Shown piece after piece: positions 18,701 to 28,200 of a DNA stretch of 64,000 nucleotides (position 1 is its first letter; every line of letters starts with the position of its first letter). Below the pieces are notes generated by a model. The model was not told the DNA's origin. It saw only the letters and a program-made list of their open reading frames with translations, and searched no databases. Origin of the DNA: Giardia intestinalis. Lineage: Eukaryota. The position numbers were made by a program, and so were the translations under genes. The DNA lies in assembly GCA_000002435.2 (NCBI GenBank), contig CM018791.1; one strand, given 5' to 3'.

Positions 18701-18924
18701 TGAGAGGCTTGTCTGATACTTCTATTTGTGACAAAAAGTTAAGAACATACTGTTGCAACTTTGCAACTCAATCCAGGGGGACCGTCGTCCTTTTCAATCT
18801 CAGCCTCGAGGTCTTCTGCGGTCCCGATGGTTCGCTAACATCAGGAAGCCTTCGGCTTCGTAGTCCGTCAAAATTCCTTGCACAATCTATTTCATCTTAC
18901 CTTTCATCCACGCTTGTCTTTTGA
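15778..18924 (+). CDS. Coatomer beta subunit (beta-COP)
   Basis: ATG at 15778. The N-terminal adaptin trunk matches COPB1 blocks: DHRLKKLLHIFWPLVE resembles DHTIKKLLLVFWEIVPK, and DLKSPNEMILCSALRCI...HPDHRVRCAAVAAIHSV resembles DLQHPNEFIRGSTLRFL...HRHSYVRRNAVLAIYTI. The C-terminal appendage motif FCRLWSIFDWEYKVAVST resembles FRQMWAEFEWENKVTVNT. Confidence 0.8.
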   Translation: MEPTVAIKPEAAVVCTKSLESIFTRSDPKEMCEALQTAIQLASNKQSIDHLVLPVIKHASTSTDHRLKKLLHIFWPLVECYHGGQLKSHIILMSNSILHDLKSPNEMILCSALRCILHLQVIEVISNIITGVPPLLSHPDHRVRCAAVAAIHSVRARYGDIISLGDVYTRLAEEENVAVLRRLVFLLADLDPENGALHVLKLLRRMGVADVSDFLYDVLPQLVKGMQGDKIGFLETVLSVTKKSIAQFDSRVQYSAGLGLWAIVVLYPTISFQGLNKGQSEGNCSEITREDIAVMAVQSLLHASRTIDDACMITILDIIREAVSLFAQAFMNHSIISNITFSLCSSHMSDAARSRLLGLKLFSTLAHIGSARQLLETFILSPFITTSCITVLYESVSEIFSIVSSLKTSEELMELGATPFVLTELVHKVTTYSPAYTTLAKTNAEYKRGLWTDTCCDVVKVLMCILKGIVTTDSPPSVAALETGQLCMRLLLYLVLCNKGPNGRWNPEVSQAAIVAVGDISPMLVLLLVCYFLKIAFKTSSEEKDLNYDFSTQYLGMSPLAFLPTAVAEASKGSVDPRTLCGLATKEMYDAQDSLIIAVSCRYLLAGIDACVKTGLYTREGISGLLLVGIAKYYKVIEKNTAVCSSDLCFINLQMKRIVNHCKGEVDGKDFSENKTSYNHSAHHSTHTLGSSAASPRLVSSLSHAISGVQFSILGTSVERPTITQETAILTRSFGSDDLYNTLVELAVPQSSEKGSSLATVFTKDTDFSLYTPSQSASCNAISIDSAGKIYSSGSLGNVVQLSGDSERIYAEAIIQVSPSLIALEVLFINRTNESAQDVTLELFASPSLRVPHTANKVVNLEPYGFARDKYILYVDNCEAGVIYGNITAKFTQEKQKNESRTHEVIHRTKEIDINIRSFLTPYSLRDREFCRLWSIFDWEYKVAVSTLAPPEGVALMVKASLNAFVLPEEEALLLRGLSDTSICDKKLRTYCCNFATQSRGTVVLFNLSLEVFCGPDGSLTSGSLRLRSPSKFLAQSISSYLSSTLVF

Positions 18925-19021
18925 TCTAGTTGGCATGTGAAAAAATTTCACCTAAGGCTGATATAAGCGATGGTGTGCCTAGCACACAACAGTAAATGTG
19001 CGATACGTCCACAAACTTTAT

Positions 19022-19519
19022 ATGGTAAAAATATTGGAGCGCCCAACAGCTATGAGCCTGAAGAAGGTATCCTCAGTTGTTCAGCAGACGCTGGGGTACG
19101 TCGCCATTTTCGCAGCACAGGTAAGCGGAGAGCTGGATCCCGTGAGTATGTACGGATACTTTTTGAATCTAGTTTTACGGTCACGATGCGAGTTGCATAT
19201 TTTTGTATATGCATCTTGTGTTGCCTATAACGTTTTCTGTATTTGGACTGGGCAACTAAGTGCTCTTCATGTTCGGCGGATTTTTCTCGCCGCTCTTAGC
19301 CTCTCCTACAACCTGCTTTCAGACACCGGAGCAGAAACAAGTGCGTGGGCAGGCGTCGCAGATGATTCCCTTTCTGAGACGGAACTAGCCAGGCTTCAGC
19401 AATGGGTCCTATCAATCACCGGTTGGAACATTCATCTACTGTCCTCTGACATTGATCGGATTTGGGCGTCCATTCTCAGGGGCAAGAGCATTTCACTATC
19501 AACCCCACCTAGCTGTTGA
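19022..19519 (+). CDS. Hypothetical protein (weakly cyclin-box-like)
   Basis: The ORF-track start at 18998 is GTG; the first ATG is 19022 (MVKILERPTAMSLKK...). No confident family assignment. The helical segments LARLQQWVLSITGWNIHLL are only vaguely PHO80-cyclin-like. Confidence 0.3.
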   Translation: MVKILERPTAMSLKKVSSVVQQTLGYVAIFAAQVSGELDPVSMYGYFLNLVLRSRCELHIFVYASCVAYNVFCIWTGQLSALHVRRIFLAALSLSYNLLSDTGAETSAWAGVADDSLSETELARLQQWVLSITGWNIHLLSSDIDRIWASILRGKSISLSTPPSC

Positions 19520-19548
19520 TAGGTTGAACAGAGCTGTTTACTTCCGTG

Positions 19549-20640
19549 TCATTGATGGCCCTCTTGGGCCTTATCATCCTTGGGAAAGAACTCGCTGACA
19601 CTATAGCATACTATTTTTGTATCGTGGAGCGCAGACGTGGCGTTTTTCCGCGAAAAATCCCATCCATTCTCCCATGTGTAGGATAGTCCCAGCGCTATCG
19701 TGTCGTGTTCCTGGGAGCTTATGTCTATCGACGCAATTCCCGAACTCTCACAGAGTCGAAACAAGCGCTTGCGGCTTTGCAAATTCCAAAGATACAGGTC
19801 TCCATCGGATCCCCCAGTGAATAGAGCGTTTCGCCATCCGCACCATTTGATCGCATTAATTGGGTACGAGACGAAGACATTGGCTTGCGGGTCTTGATGT
19901 CTGTGACAGCGGAAAGCATAGCGATCGGGTCCTGCAACGTTGTCAACAGCAATCCGTCCCTCGAGGCTGCCAAGGCAAAACTGATTACCGATATCGGAAA
20001 CGATGGCTACTGAGCGTGTTTGGTGTCTCAGGGGAGACTCTCGAACTAGTACCTGTTTGAAGAGAGGGCTACTACCAAGGTCGTTGGTTGGGAGACAGTC
20101 CCACATCTGTACAGTCCTAGAGGACAGCCCTAACAGGACACGGGAACCTCGCACGTCCATGCAGAAGATCTTGCCCCCAGCTGCTATTTTACTGAGTGGA
20201 GGCGGGGACCCGATGCGAGCGATTTCATGCGTTGAAGGGATGGGTGCTGCTGTCCGGATATCCCAAGCAGCCACATGGCTATCCCATGATCCACTTATCA
20301 CAATATTACGATTACTGGGAAGAACGCACACCTCCCGAACAGGAGCTGCATGCCTTCCCACTAGTGAAGTAGCACGCTTTCCGACAGAGGTAGTGAGGAC
20401 ATTGCCATCAGCACCTCCGGAAACTATCGTTGCGTCACTAACCCAGTCCACGGAGAATATTGGCTTGTTGTGCAGAGGAAGGCTTGCGATGAAGGTGCGG
20501 TCAGGATCCTTCTCCGCCGTGTTGTAGACGTATACATTTTCATCCCATGAGCTAACTGCCAAAAGCGGCTTGTCTGGTGCAAAGCGCACTCTCGTGATCC
20601 CATCTTTCGGCGTAACTGATAGTAGTCGCCTTGTCTCCAT
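19549..20640 (-). CDS. BUB3: Mitotic checkpoint protein Bub3 (WD40)
   Basis: ATG at 20640..20638. Strong block matches to Bub3: DGITRVRFAPDKPLLAVSSWDENVYVY resembles DGISSVKFSPNTSQFLLVSSWDTSVRLY; GSWDSHVAAWDIRT resembles GSWDQTVKLWDPRT; RESPLRHQTRSV...GSLEGRIAVDNV resembles RESSLKYQTRCI...SSIEGRVAVEYL; YAFRCHR is shared; YPINAIKW...TGGSDGDLYLWNLQSRKRL resembles YPVNAISF...TGGSDGFVNIWDPFNKKRL. Confidence 0.8.
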   Translation of the reverse strand: METRRLLSVTPKDGITRVRFAPDKPLLAVSSWDENVYVYNTAEKDPDRTFIASLPLHNKPIFSVDWVSDATIVSGGADGNVLTTSVGKRATSLVGRHAAPVREVCVLPSNRNIVISGSWDSHVAAWDIRTAAPIPSTHEIARIGSPPPLSKIAAGGKIFCMDVRGSRVLLGLSSRTVQMWDCLPTNDLGSSPLFKQVLVRESPLRHQTRSVAIVSDIGNQFCLGSLEGRIAVDNVAGPDRYAFRCHRHQDPQANVFVSYPINAIKWCGWRNALFTGGSDGDLYLWNLQSRKRLFRLCESSGIASIDISSQEHDTIALGLSYTWENGWDFSRKNATSALHDTKIVCYSVSEFFPKDDKAQEGHQ

Positions 20641-20750
20641 TTGGATACGCAGCTACACGCAGAGCAGACCGAAGCTCTATCTCTTTTTCATTTTCAGTTG
20701 ATGCAAAAGCCCTTGCATTTCCAATTCTTGTATTCCGCCAGGTTGCCTGG

Positions 20751-21548
20751 ATGATCCCCATGCATGTGGCAGTGATAATGGATGGCAATGGTCGCTGGGC
20801 TCGCAAGCAGTTACAGGAACGGACCTTCGGGCACGAACAGGGCGTATCTGTTTTGGAGAGCATCGTTGATGAATGTATCAACTGCGGAATCCGCTTTCTC
20901 ACTGTTTATGCGTTCTCTACAGAAAATTGGAGTCGTCCCCCTACAGAGGTTTCATTTCTTTTTGAGCTCCTGAGTGCGGCCATTCAACGCGTACGGACCA
21001 CCTACAGAGAGAGGAATGTTAAAGTTCAATTCTGTGGAGAGCGAACCACACAGATACCAGAAACTGTCATCGCTGCAATGAACTGTATTGAACAGGACAC
21101 AGCTGCGTGTACAGGCCTCATCCTTTCCGTTTGCTTTAACTATGGCGGTCACACAGAGATCGCACAAGCCTGTAGAAGCGTCTTAGCTGATTGTCTCGAG
21201 GGTGATGCAGTGGAGAACATCAAGACACGGCTTCAAATGCCAATAGAACAGTTCATCCAACAGATTGATACACACCTCTATGCAAATTTGCCCCCTGTCG
21301 ATCTTCTTATCAGGACGGGTTGCGAGAAGCGACTCTCGAATTTCCTCCCCTGGCACTTAGCCTATGCTGAAATAATATTCAGCGACCTTCTCTGGCCTGA
21401 ATTCTCTGTTCGGGCCTTCAAAGATTGTCTCGATGAGTTTGCTTCGCGCACAAGACGGTTCGGAGGGGTCCAACTATCCCCAATGACGGGCGTTTACTCA
21501 GACACTCATCCTCACTCCTCCACAAATGCCCTATCGAACCATGACTGA
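20751..21548 (+). CDS. cis-prenyltransferase / dehydrodolichyl (undecaprenyl) diphosphate synthase
   Basis: HVAVIMDGNGRWA is the signature motif. FSTENWSRPPTEV, the RTGCEKRLSNFLPW (RxG...SNFLLWQ-like) motif and the C-terminal RRFGG are also present. The ORF-track start at 20631 would overlap the Bub3 start; the in-frame ATG at 20751 immediately precedes the conserved motif and is used here. Confidence 0.75.
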   Translation: MIPMHVAVIMDGNGRWARKQLQERTFGHEQGVSVLESIVDECINCGIRFLTVYAFSTENWSRPPTEVSFLFELLSAAIQRVRTTYRERNVKVQFCGERTTQIPETVIAAMNCIEQDTAACTGLILSVCFNYGGHTEIAQACRSVLADCLEGDAVENIKTRLQMPIEQFIQQIDTHLYANLPPVDLLIRTGCEKRLSNFLPWHLAYAEIIFSDLLWPEFSVRAFKDCLDEFASRTRRFGGVQLSPMTGVYSDTHPHSSTNALSNHD

Positions 21549-23476
21549 CTCTCATAGTCGTCAAAAGCAGAAGGACTAACAGCAGACCCCTTCTCTGCTA
21601 GGAGTTTCTTTAGGGCCCGCATGACACGGCACTCCATTATCACCCACTCAGTGGGCGCCTGTTTGCCACCATAGAGCTTCATGATCCTAACCATCTTCTG
21701 AATGTAATTTTCGACATTGATTGTAAACTGAATGTTGTATTGCTCTTCTGTATAATCTGTGTCGAGCTCAGAGCGGAATAGGCTCTTAAGGTCCTCGTAA
21801 TAAGGGATCCACCCAATAGGTGTGCACTTGGCTCTGTAGTGTCCACGTGTACGCCCGCATGCCCACGCAACCCACACCTTCTTATCAAGTTTGGAGTTGA
21901 GATACTCTCCGGTGGTGGGATCTTTCAGGAAATAGTTGACACCGAAAACCTTTGGCGCACGTGAGCCGAGAAGTCTACCAAAGCGGACGTGGTTCTCAAG
22001 ATACATCGGTACGGGGACAATCAGAAAGTCGAGGTTCGCCATAGGGTTCGACACAACGACACCCTGGGTGCCCAGAGTCGCAGCGGTTGTCTCTGACTCA
22101 ATGGAGCTTCCAATATAAACGCCATGAGCCCAGTTATGCGCCTGATAAACAGGGGGGCATGTGTTGGAGTCGCGGCCGCCGTAGAGGATGAGATCTACGT
22201 CCACACCATCCGGATTGTCCAGCTCCGGAGAAACGTTGCGGAGTTCCTTAAGGTTGAGTGTGAAGCGGGCATTTCCGTGCATGATAGGAAGCTCAGGCTT
22301 CGTCCAGGTCCCCTTATAATTTCGCCCACTGCTCGGAAGAAGACCAGGCTCGTTGACCATGTCGTTCTTGCTCTTGCCATAATACATCCCATCCCAGTAG
22401 GGTCTCCCATCCTCCCCAACTAGGACGTTGGAAAAGATACACTCACGCTCGCTAGTCAGGCAATCATAGATGAGGGGATCGTCACTCGGATTGACACCTG
22501 ATATGATCCCGAACATCCCTGTCTCGATGTTGACAGCCTTGCATCGGCGGATACCCATGTTATCGTCGACAATCTGCATGTAGACCATGTCGTCACCAAT
22601 GATGGATGAGCCTGGGGCCATGGACGTGGAGGTCTTCCCACACGCAGATGGGAATGCACCACAAACGTTAAGCTTGTCATTGGGGATACACGGATTGGCG
22701 AAGGTGGAAAGGAACATGTGCTCCGTAAGGTTGTTCTTCTCTGGGTGATGATTCGAGTCGTAGATTGCCAAGCGAAGAGCAAGCTTCTTGCACGCGAGGG
22801 CATTCCCAGCATATGAATTATTTATGGTATATACAAGATGCTCGACAGGATTGATATATATTCGACGCTTGTCAATGTCGACAGGCCTGTTTGCGCTGTC
22901 TGTTCTGCCCACAGAGTGGTAGAATGCATAAAACGAGCGGTTGGCAGACGTCTCCTTCATGTGCCTATTCACCATCTGTGCGAAGCCATTGCGGTACAGA
23001 ACATTCTCAGAGTGAAGAATGTACCACGAGTCAGTGAATTGGACTGCCGTTTTGGAGAACGAACAATTGACAGGCCCAAGGCAGTAAAAGGCGATAAGCA
23101 TCTGCTTGCCCTCCATACAGCCCTTCATTATCTCACGGACATGTGCAGTGCCTTCCTTGCGGTCGCGGGTCATGACATCTGCGTCCAGTCCAGTCTGATC
23201 GTCAAGAAGAATGAGAGTGTTCTTCTTATCACGACCCTGGTCATCCGGACTATCGAAGTGGTAAGTATGGCCAGGCATGGCGAGCTGATGCTCCTCGCCC
23301 TGTGCAAGAGCGTTCGAGCGGGCGTAGTCGATTTCCTCCTTGGAACTCGTCTGGATGTAAAGGGAGGATGGCCTCATGAGCTCTATCGCGTCCAGCAACA
23401 GCTCATTGAAAGCAGGGCAGTTGAGCTGGTCGATAATCGTCTGAGAACGCTCGTCGACAACGGGGTGGAGGCTCAT
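21512..23476 (-). CDS. Phosphoenolpyruvate carboxykinase, GTP-dependent
   Basis: The ORF-track start at 23551 is TTG; the first ATG is 23476..23474 (MSLHPVV). The kinase-1a / P-loop motif FPSACGKTS of GTP-PEPCKs is present, with conserved blocks along the whole length (654 aa). The 3' end overlaps the convergent cis-prenyltransferase gene by 37 nt. Confidence 0.85.
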   Translation of the reverse strand: MSLHPVVDERSQTIIDQLNCPAFNELLLDAIELMRPSSLYIQTSSKEEIDYARSNALAQGEEHQLAMPGHTYHFDSPDDQGRDKKNTLILLDDQTGLDADVMTRDRKEGTAHVREIMKGCMEGKQMLIAFYCLGPVNCSFSKTAVQFTDSWYILHSENVLYRNGFAQMVNRHMKETSANRSFYAFYHSVGRTDSANRPVDIDKRRIYINPVEHLVYTINNSYAGNALACKKLALRLAIYDSNHHPEKNNLTEHMFLSTFANPCIPNDKLNVCGAFPSACGKTSTSMAPGSSIIGDDMVYMQIVDDNMGIRRCKAVNIETGMFGIISGVNPSDDPLIYDCLTSERECIFSNVLVGEDGRPYWDGMYYGKSKNDMVNEPGLLPSSGRNYKGTWTKPELPIMHGNARFTLNLKELRNVSPELDNPDGVDVDLILYGGRDSNTCPPVYQAHNWAHGVYIGSSIESETTAATLGTQGVVVSNPMANLDFLIVPVPMYLENHVRFGRLLGSRAPKVFGVNYFLKDPTTGEYLNSKLDKKVWVAWACGRTRGHYRAKCTPIGWIPYYEDLKSLFRSELDTDYTEEQYNIQFTINVENYIQKMVRIMKLYGGKQAPTEWVIMECRVMRALKKLLAEKGSAVSPSAFDDYESQSWFDRAFVEE

Positions 23477-23553
23477 CTGAATTCTAAAACGAAAATGTAA
23501 TTTACTAGAAAGAAAACTCTTTGACCAAAAATAGTTTGAACAAAACCACAAAC

Positions 23554-25107
23554 CTAACTATCTGCAAATATGGCGGAATTAAAAGATACATCAGAGAGTT
23601 CCGAATCTGGCCTGCTGGCAAGGCGGCTCCGTATGCCTCGCTTTGACCTGCGCTTATCATCTAAGTCAGAGTTGTACGTACTAAAGCTGGATGTTAATTC
23701 AGAAATAGTTTGCACGGTGGGAACAGCGATCTTTTGTTGTTCTATAGGCCTTTTAGTTAATCCGAAAAGCAAACACTCCTCATCATTGTCGGAGATGTGC
23801 ACTGAGAGGGTCTCCTCATTAAGAACACCGCGATTTGCAGTTGAGCCCATATCTGGAATAGCGTCAGACTCTACATACGCAGCCGCTGCGTCTTTAGATG
23901 CCTGCGAAGACCCTGGAGGGACTACTGGGGCGTTAGAGATCTGAAGGCATGAGGCATACTCTGCTATCTTACTTGAGGTAGACTGAGCTACTATAGGTAC
24001 GTCTGCAGGATTGGATAAGTAGCTTCCAAGAGGACAGTGTGCATGTGAGACAGACTGGGGAACCTGCATTGATAGTGCATTGAGGTGTGTAGGATAGCTG
24101 GCAGAAGAACTTGTCAGACTATGGACAGGGCACTCTAAGTAATTGCTCATATCTGGTAAGCAGCAGCACTTGACGTTAGTAGGGGAGACTGACGGAAGAG
24201 TGGTTGCCTGATTGGAACTGGTTGCTGAAAAGATATTCGTGGGCATAGATGCACTGGTAGACCAAGTGTTAGAGCTAAACGTTGTTAACTGTAGATTTTC
24301 ATATGGAGAGGGGCCCATGTGGAAATTAGGTGATTGATTGAAGTGTGGATGCATTGAGAGTGGCTGTTGAGACTGTAAATACCGAGGGCTAGTAGACGGG
24401 TGGAACATAGACGGCTTGGTGTCTAGGAAGGAGGATATCGGAACTGGGTTCGGCCTTGGTGCCAGTTGATCGATAGATCCCCCCAATGCTCCTGTGGAAG
24501 GAGGGAATGTTTGGCTAAGCATGTGGTGAATAGGAAGATTGGGCATGTTTGTGCTCAATTGTGCCCCTCCCATAATGGGGACAGTATTGTCTTTATCCTT
24601 CTGGCGTATAAACCGACCACCTGCCCGTGGTCTATCACAGGCAATTTTTCTTCGCAGTTCATAGAGGCAGCGCTTGCCAAGAGATCGCAGGCCTCGGCCT
24701 CGCAAATACTTGGTCAGGAGGGACGCCCTTTCTGTCAGAGAAAACTTCCCAATGTGCGAAAGTTGACGAGGGTGCTTAATGTAGTATGTTGTCAATAAGT
24801 CTATGGGCTTAATATAGGTAGAAAGTGTATCTACTTCTGTTGCAAGGTGTTTAAACCCAAATGACTCCACAATGGGGGTGGAGCTAAGCTCTGCTATCTT
24901 AGCATCGAAGCTAGCCTTAGCATCGATAAGAGTCTGGATCTTGTCTTGCTGCTGAAGCTGTCCGACTTTATTACACAGCACAGACTGAACTTTAACAAGG
25001 TGAACTAGTAAATCATCCGGGTTCATTTGATTGAGCGCTGCGATGTCATCAATAATTTCCCCTCCTATCGCGGCGGCGGTTAGAGCCGAGGCAGGTACAT
25101 CGTCCAT
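23554..25107 (-). CDS. Hypothetical nuclear/regulatory protein with a CCT/NF-YA-like basic motif and S/P/Q-rich C-terminal region
   Basis: The ORF-track start at 25149 is TTG; the first ATG is 25107..25105 (MDDVPASALTA). Residues ERASLLTKYLRGRGLRSLGKRCLYELRRKIACDRPRAGGRFIRQKD follow the CCT consensus R-A-x-L-x-(R/K)-Y-x(5)-R-x-(F/L)-x-K-x-(I/L)-(R/L)-Y-x-x-R-(K/R)-x-x-A-x-x-R-P-R-x-x-G-R-F. The remainder is low-complexity, rich in Ser/Pro/Gln. Confidence 0.5.
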   Translation of the reverse strand: MDDVPASALTAAAIGGEIIDDIAALNQMNPDDLLVHLVKVQSVLCNKVGQLQQQDKIQTLIDAKASFDAKIAELSSTPIVESFGFKHLATEVDTLSTYIKPIDLLTTYYIKHPRQLSHIGKFSLTERASLLTKYLRGRGLRSLGKRCLYELRRKIACDRPRAGGRFIRQKDKDNTVPIMGGAQLSTNMPNLPIHHMLSQTFPPSTGALGGSIDQLAPRPNPVPISSFLDTKPSMFHPSTSPRYLQSQQPLSMHPHFNQSPNFHMGPSPYENLQLTTFSSNTWSTSASMPTNIFSATSSNQATTLPSVSPTNVKCCCLPDMSNYLECPVHSLTSSSASYPTHLNALSMQVPQSVSHAHCPLGSYLSNPADVPIVAQSTSSKIAEYASCLQISNAPVVPPGSSQASKDAAAAYVESDAIPDMGSTANRGVLNEETLSVHISDNDEECLLFGLTKRPIEQQKIAVPTVQTISELTSSFSTYNSDLDDKRRSKRGIRSRLASRPDSELSDVSFNSAIFADS

Positions 25108-25228
25108 AGATTCTTTGGTATGCTTTGATATGGTTTTGTGTAAAAACAACTATGCATGTAAATTTTACATTTTTGTACATCAGCGGCTTTAACTTTGCAC
25201 ACTCTCGATTCCCAGGCTGGAGGGTTCC
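25108..25228. promoter_or_regulatory. Putative bidirectional A/T-rich promoter region between divergent genes
   Basis: A 121-bp A/T-rich spacer (taaaaacaactatgcatgtaaattttacatttttgtacatc...) lies between the minus-strand ATG at 25107 and the plus-strand ATG at 25229. Giardia promoters are short A/T-rich initiator regions. Confidence 0.4.
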
Positions 25229-28200
25229 ATGCAGACAGATTCTTCCACTGGGTGTGAGGTGGGGGTCGCCTGCAATGCGTTACCTGATGCAACATATTAT
25301 CTGATAAATTTGAACCAATTGCCATCTGGTGACGCTGAGCTCACACTTTTTCGTGCCAATAAGCTTTCTGTCCGAAAATCATATGGATTTCTAGACTTTT
25401 CATACACACTGATAAATAAGGAGAGTGACTTGCTTATAGCGCGCAAATCGCCTCTTATCTCTAGCTCCCCGTTTTGGGACTATCTATTTGACTCTCAGTT
25501 TCGTTTCCAGTCATGCTCGTTGCTATTTTGGCATGCATTTATCTTCTTATTACGTGTCATCAGATGGGCATCTTCCCAGGGCCCAAGGCACAATGTCTGG
25601 CTAGACTTTCTGAATTCAGCTCTACACGGTAATGTGTTCGACTACCTTATTGTTCTAGATACCGGTATTCTCGTACTTGACACTCCAAACCTACTTCTAG
25701 CATGCCTTAAATCGGGAACTAGCACGATTAAAAGGATATCAGACGAGACCACTCCTATTGTATTGGAGGCAACGCTGGTGTGGGCGCTCGGATCCTACTT
25801 TTCCACGACTATCCCAGAGCTTTTTAACAATCTGGATCCGTGCTATTCCTCTCTTTCTGGTTACACAGCATATCAACCAATAGACGTATCCATGCAGAAA
25901 TTATCTTCTTTAGCTGACAAGATTGCAAACGGAGAAAACTCTTTTCCTGCTGCACAGATACTGAAGGATCCTATTGTAAGGAGGATGGAGATTCTAGTGG
26001 ATAGGCTATGCCTTATTTGCAGATCAGACCGCGGGTTTACACAATTGATGACGGCGGCAAAAGAGAATAACGAGAACGAATTGAAGAAATTTATATACCA
26101 ATCCAATCTGACTTCCAGTACTCCCTTGGGGTTAACGGCATTGATGGTAGCAATCCGCAATAGGTCATCTCTGGCCGCAAAGGTTCTAGTCCCGTATGAG
26201 GCATGTAGTATAGATTCAGCCGGTTCCACTGCTCTTATGTACTCTGTCCAGAATAAGCTCTATGACGGGGCCGAGGCTCTTGCCTCACTCGAGTGTGGAA
26301 TACGCAATAAGGAAAACAAGACAGCAATCTACTTAGCTTACGAGCAGCACGACCATAAAATGCTAGAGATTCTTGCACCGTGGGAGAACCATCTAGTATA
26401 TGATAACGGCAAGACACTACTTATGATAGCCTCCAGCCAGAACAACATCTCAGCTGTTAATATTCTTCTTAAGTACGAAGCTGGCGTTTCTGATCGATCT
26501 GGGCACATGGCCTCTCGCTATGCCCTTCTCAATGGGCATAGAGAGGTTTTCAATGCGCTCCTGCCTGCCGAGCAGAGTATCATGAAGCGCTTTAGTTGCA
26601 CCCCGCTAATGATCGCAGTTGCCCAAAACGATGTCAAGCAGGTCTCCATAGAACTCAACGTATACCCCAGGCGCAAATTCAAGGGAATCACAGCTCTTAT
26701 GATAGCAGTGCTAATGAATTCTAAGGAAGAGATTCTTGAAATGCTGGAGGCTAAGGAGGCACGCATGGTCAACACCAAAGGCCAGACTGCTCTTATGCTC
26801 GCTGTTCAGAGGAATCTAATACCCTACGTTACTAGGCTGGCTCCATTAGAAGCAGGAATATTTGACAAGAGGGGGCATACTGCCTTAATGTACGCTATAC
26901 AAGCTAAGAATATCGCTGCCGTGAAAATTCTAATTTGCTATGAAACCGGATTGGTTAATCCCTACACAGGGGCCACAGCACATCACATGATTAAGTCCAT
27001 TTCAGAAACAGAGCAAGATATTGCTTTAGCGCAGGAGCTAACCCAGACTGTGGGAAGGTATGAGACATTCAATCGTGATGCCTATGGGAACACGCCTTTG
27101 ATTCATGCTGTGATTGCCAATAACAAGGGTTTACTACAAGAATACGCTTGCCAGGCTAAGCTTCGAAACTTCCATGGACGCACTGCCTTGCATTTCGCAG
27201 TTGAGCTAGGTAATTTTGAAGTAGCGCAGGAGCTGCTTGAGCTTGGGGCAGGCGGTTTGCAAGATTACTCTGGAGTAACTGCACTTATGATAGCGGCAAC
27301 GAATGGCCAAACAGACTTGTTGGACCTCCTTCTTAGTCACGAAGCAGGAGAGACCAGGCGTGTGACCACAGCAGGAAAGAGTGCCCTTATTCTTGCTCTA
27401 GAGAATGGGCACACCTCTGCAGCATCTACACTTGCCATCTATGAATCAGGTATTGTTGATGAGGCGGGCGCCTTTGCAGCCAAGATCGCGGCCATGAAAG
27501 GCTACACTAACGTCTTTACTCAGCTTTATGAGCAGGAGAAGAACCTGCTTTACAACGACGGGTTCACTCACCTCATGCTAGCAGCGATAAGGAATGATAT
27601 AAAGACACTCCGGCAAAACATGCAAACGGATGCACGTACTGCGCTTCCTGGAAGTGGGATGTCTGCGCTAATGCTAGCAACTATCCACGGAAATCAGGAA
27701 GCGTGCCGGTTGCTTCTATCAGTCGAAAGTTGTATGGTTAACTCTGAAGGAAAGACTGCTTTGATGCTTGCTGCTGAGCGTGATCTATGCAGCATAGTGA
27801 AGATGCTCTCTAGTATTGAGGCAGGCCTAAGGGACTATAGAGGAACATCAGCGCTGATGATCGCGGCCATGCGGGGTCACCCTGAGAATGTTGCCGAGCT
27901 CATGAGGTACGAGGCAGGAATTGCCAATAATGCAAAGCAAACAGCAGCGTCGCTTGCATACTGGTCCAATCATAAACAGATCTTTTGCATGCTAGCCCAG
28001 GCAGAACTGAGCATCAGAGACGCTCGTGGAAATACTGAGTTAATGAAAGCAGTTATGAATAAGGATATAAAGCAGGCCACTGCTATGGTGCACCTGGCAG
28101 GCTGCAAGAATTTCAACGGAGAAACAGCCCTGATGATCGCTGTCAAAGAGAGGTTCTACGACGGCGTCGTTTTGCTGGCGGATCTAGAATCTAGTATCCA

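Noticed and set aside
18991-18997. AGTAAAT about 67 nt downstream of the beta-COP stop as its poly(A) signal
   Set aside because: It is further from the stop than the usual 10-30 nt. It is plausible but not strong enough to list as a feature.
20631-20750. Upstream start (20631) for the cis-prenyltransferase
   Set aside because: It would overlap the Bub3 start codon on the opposite strand and add 40 non-conserved residues. The ATG at 20751 sits immediately before the conserved HVAVIMDGNGRWA motif.
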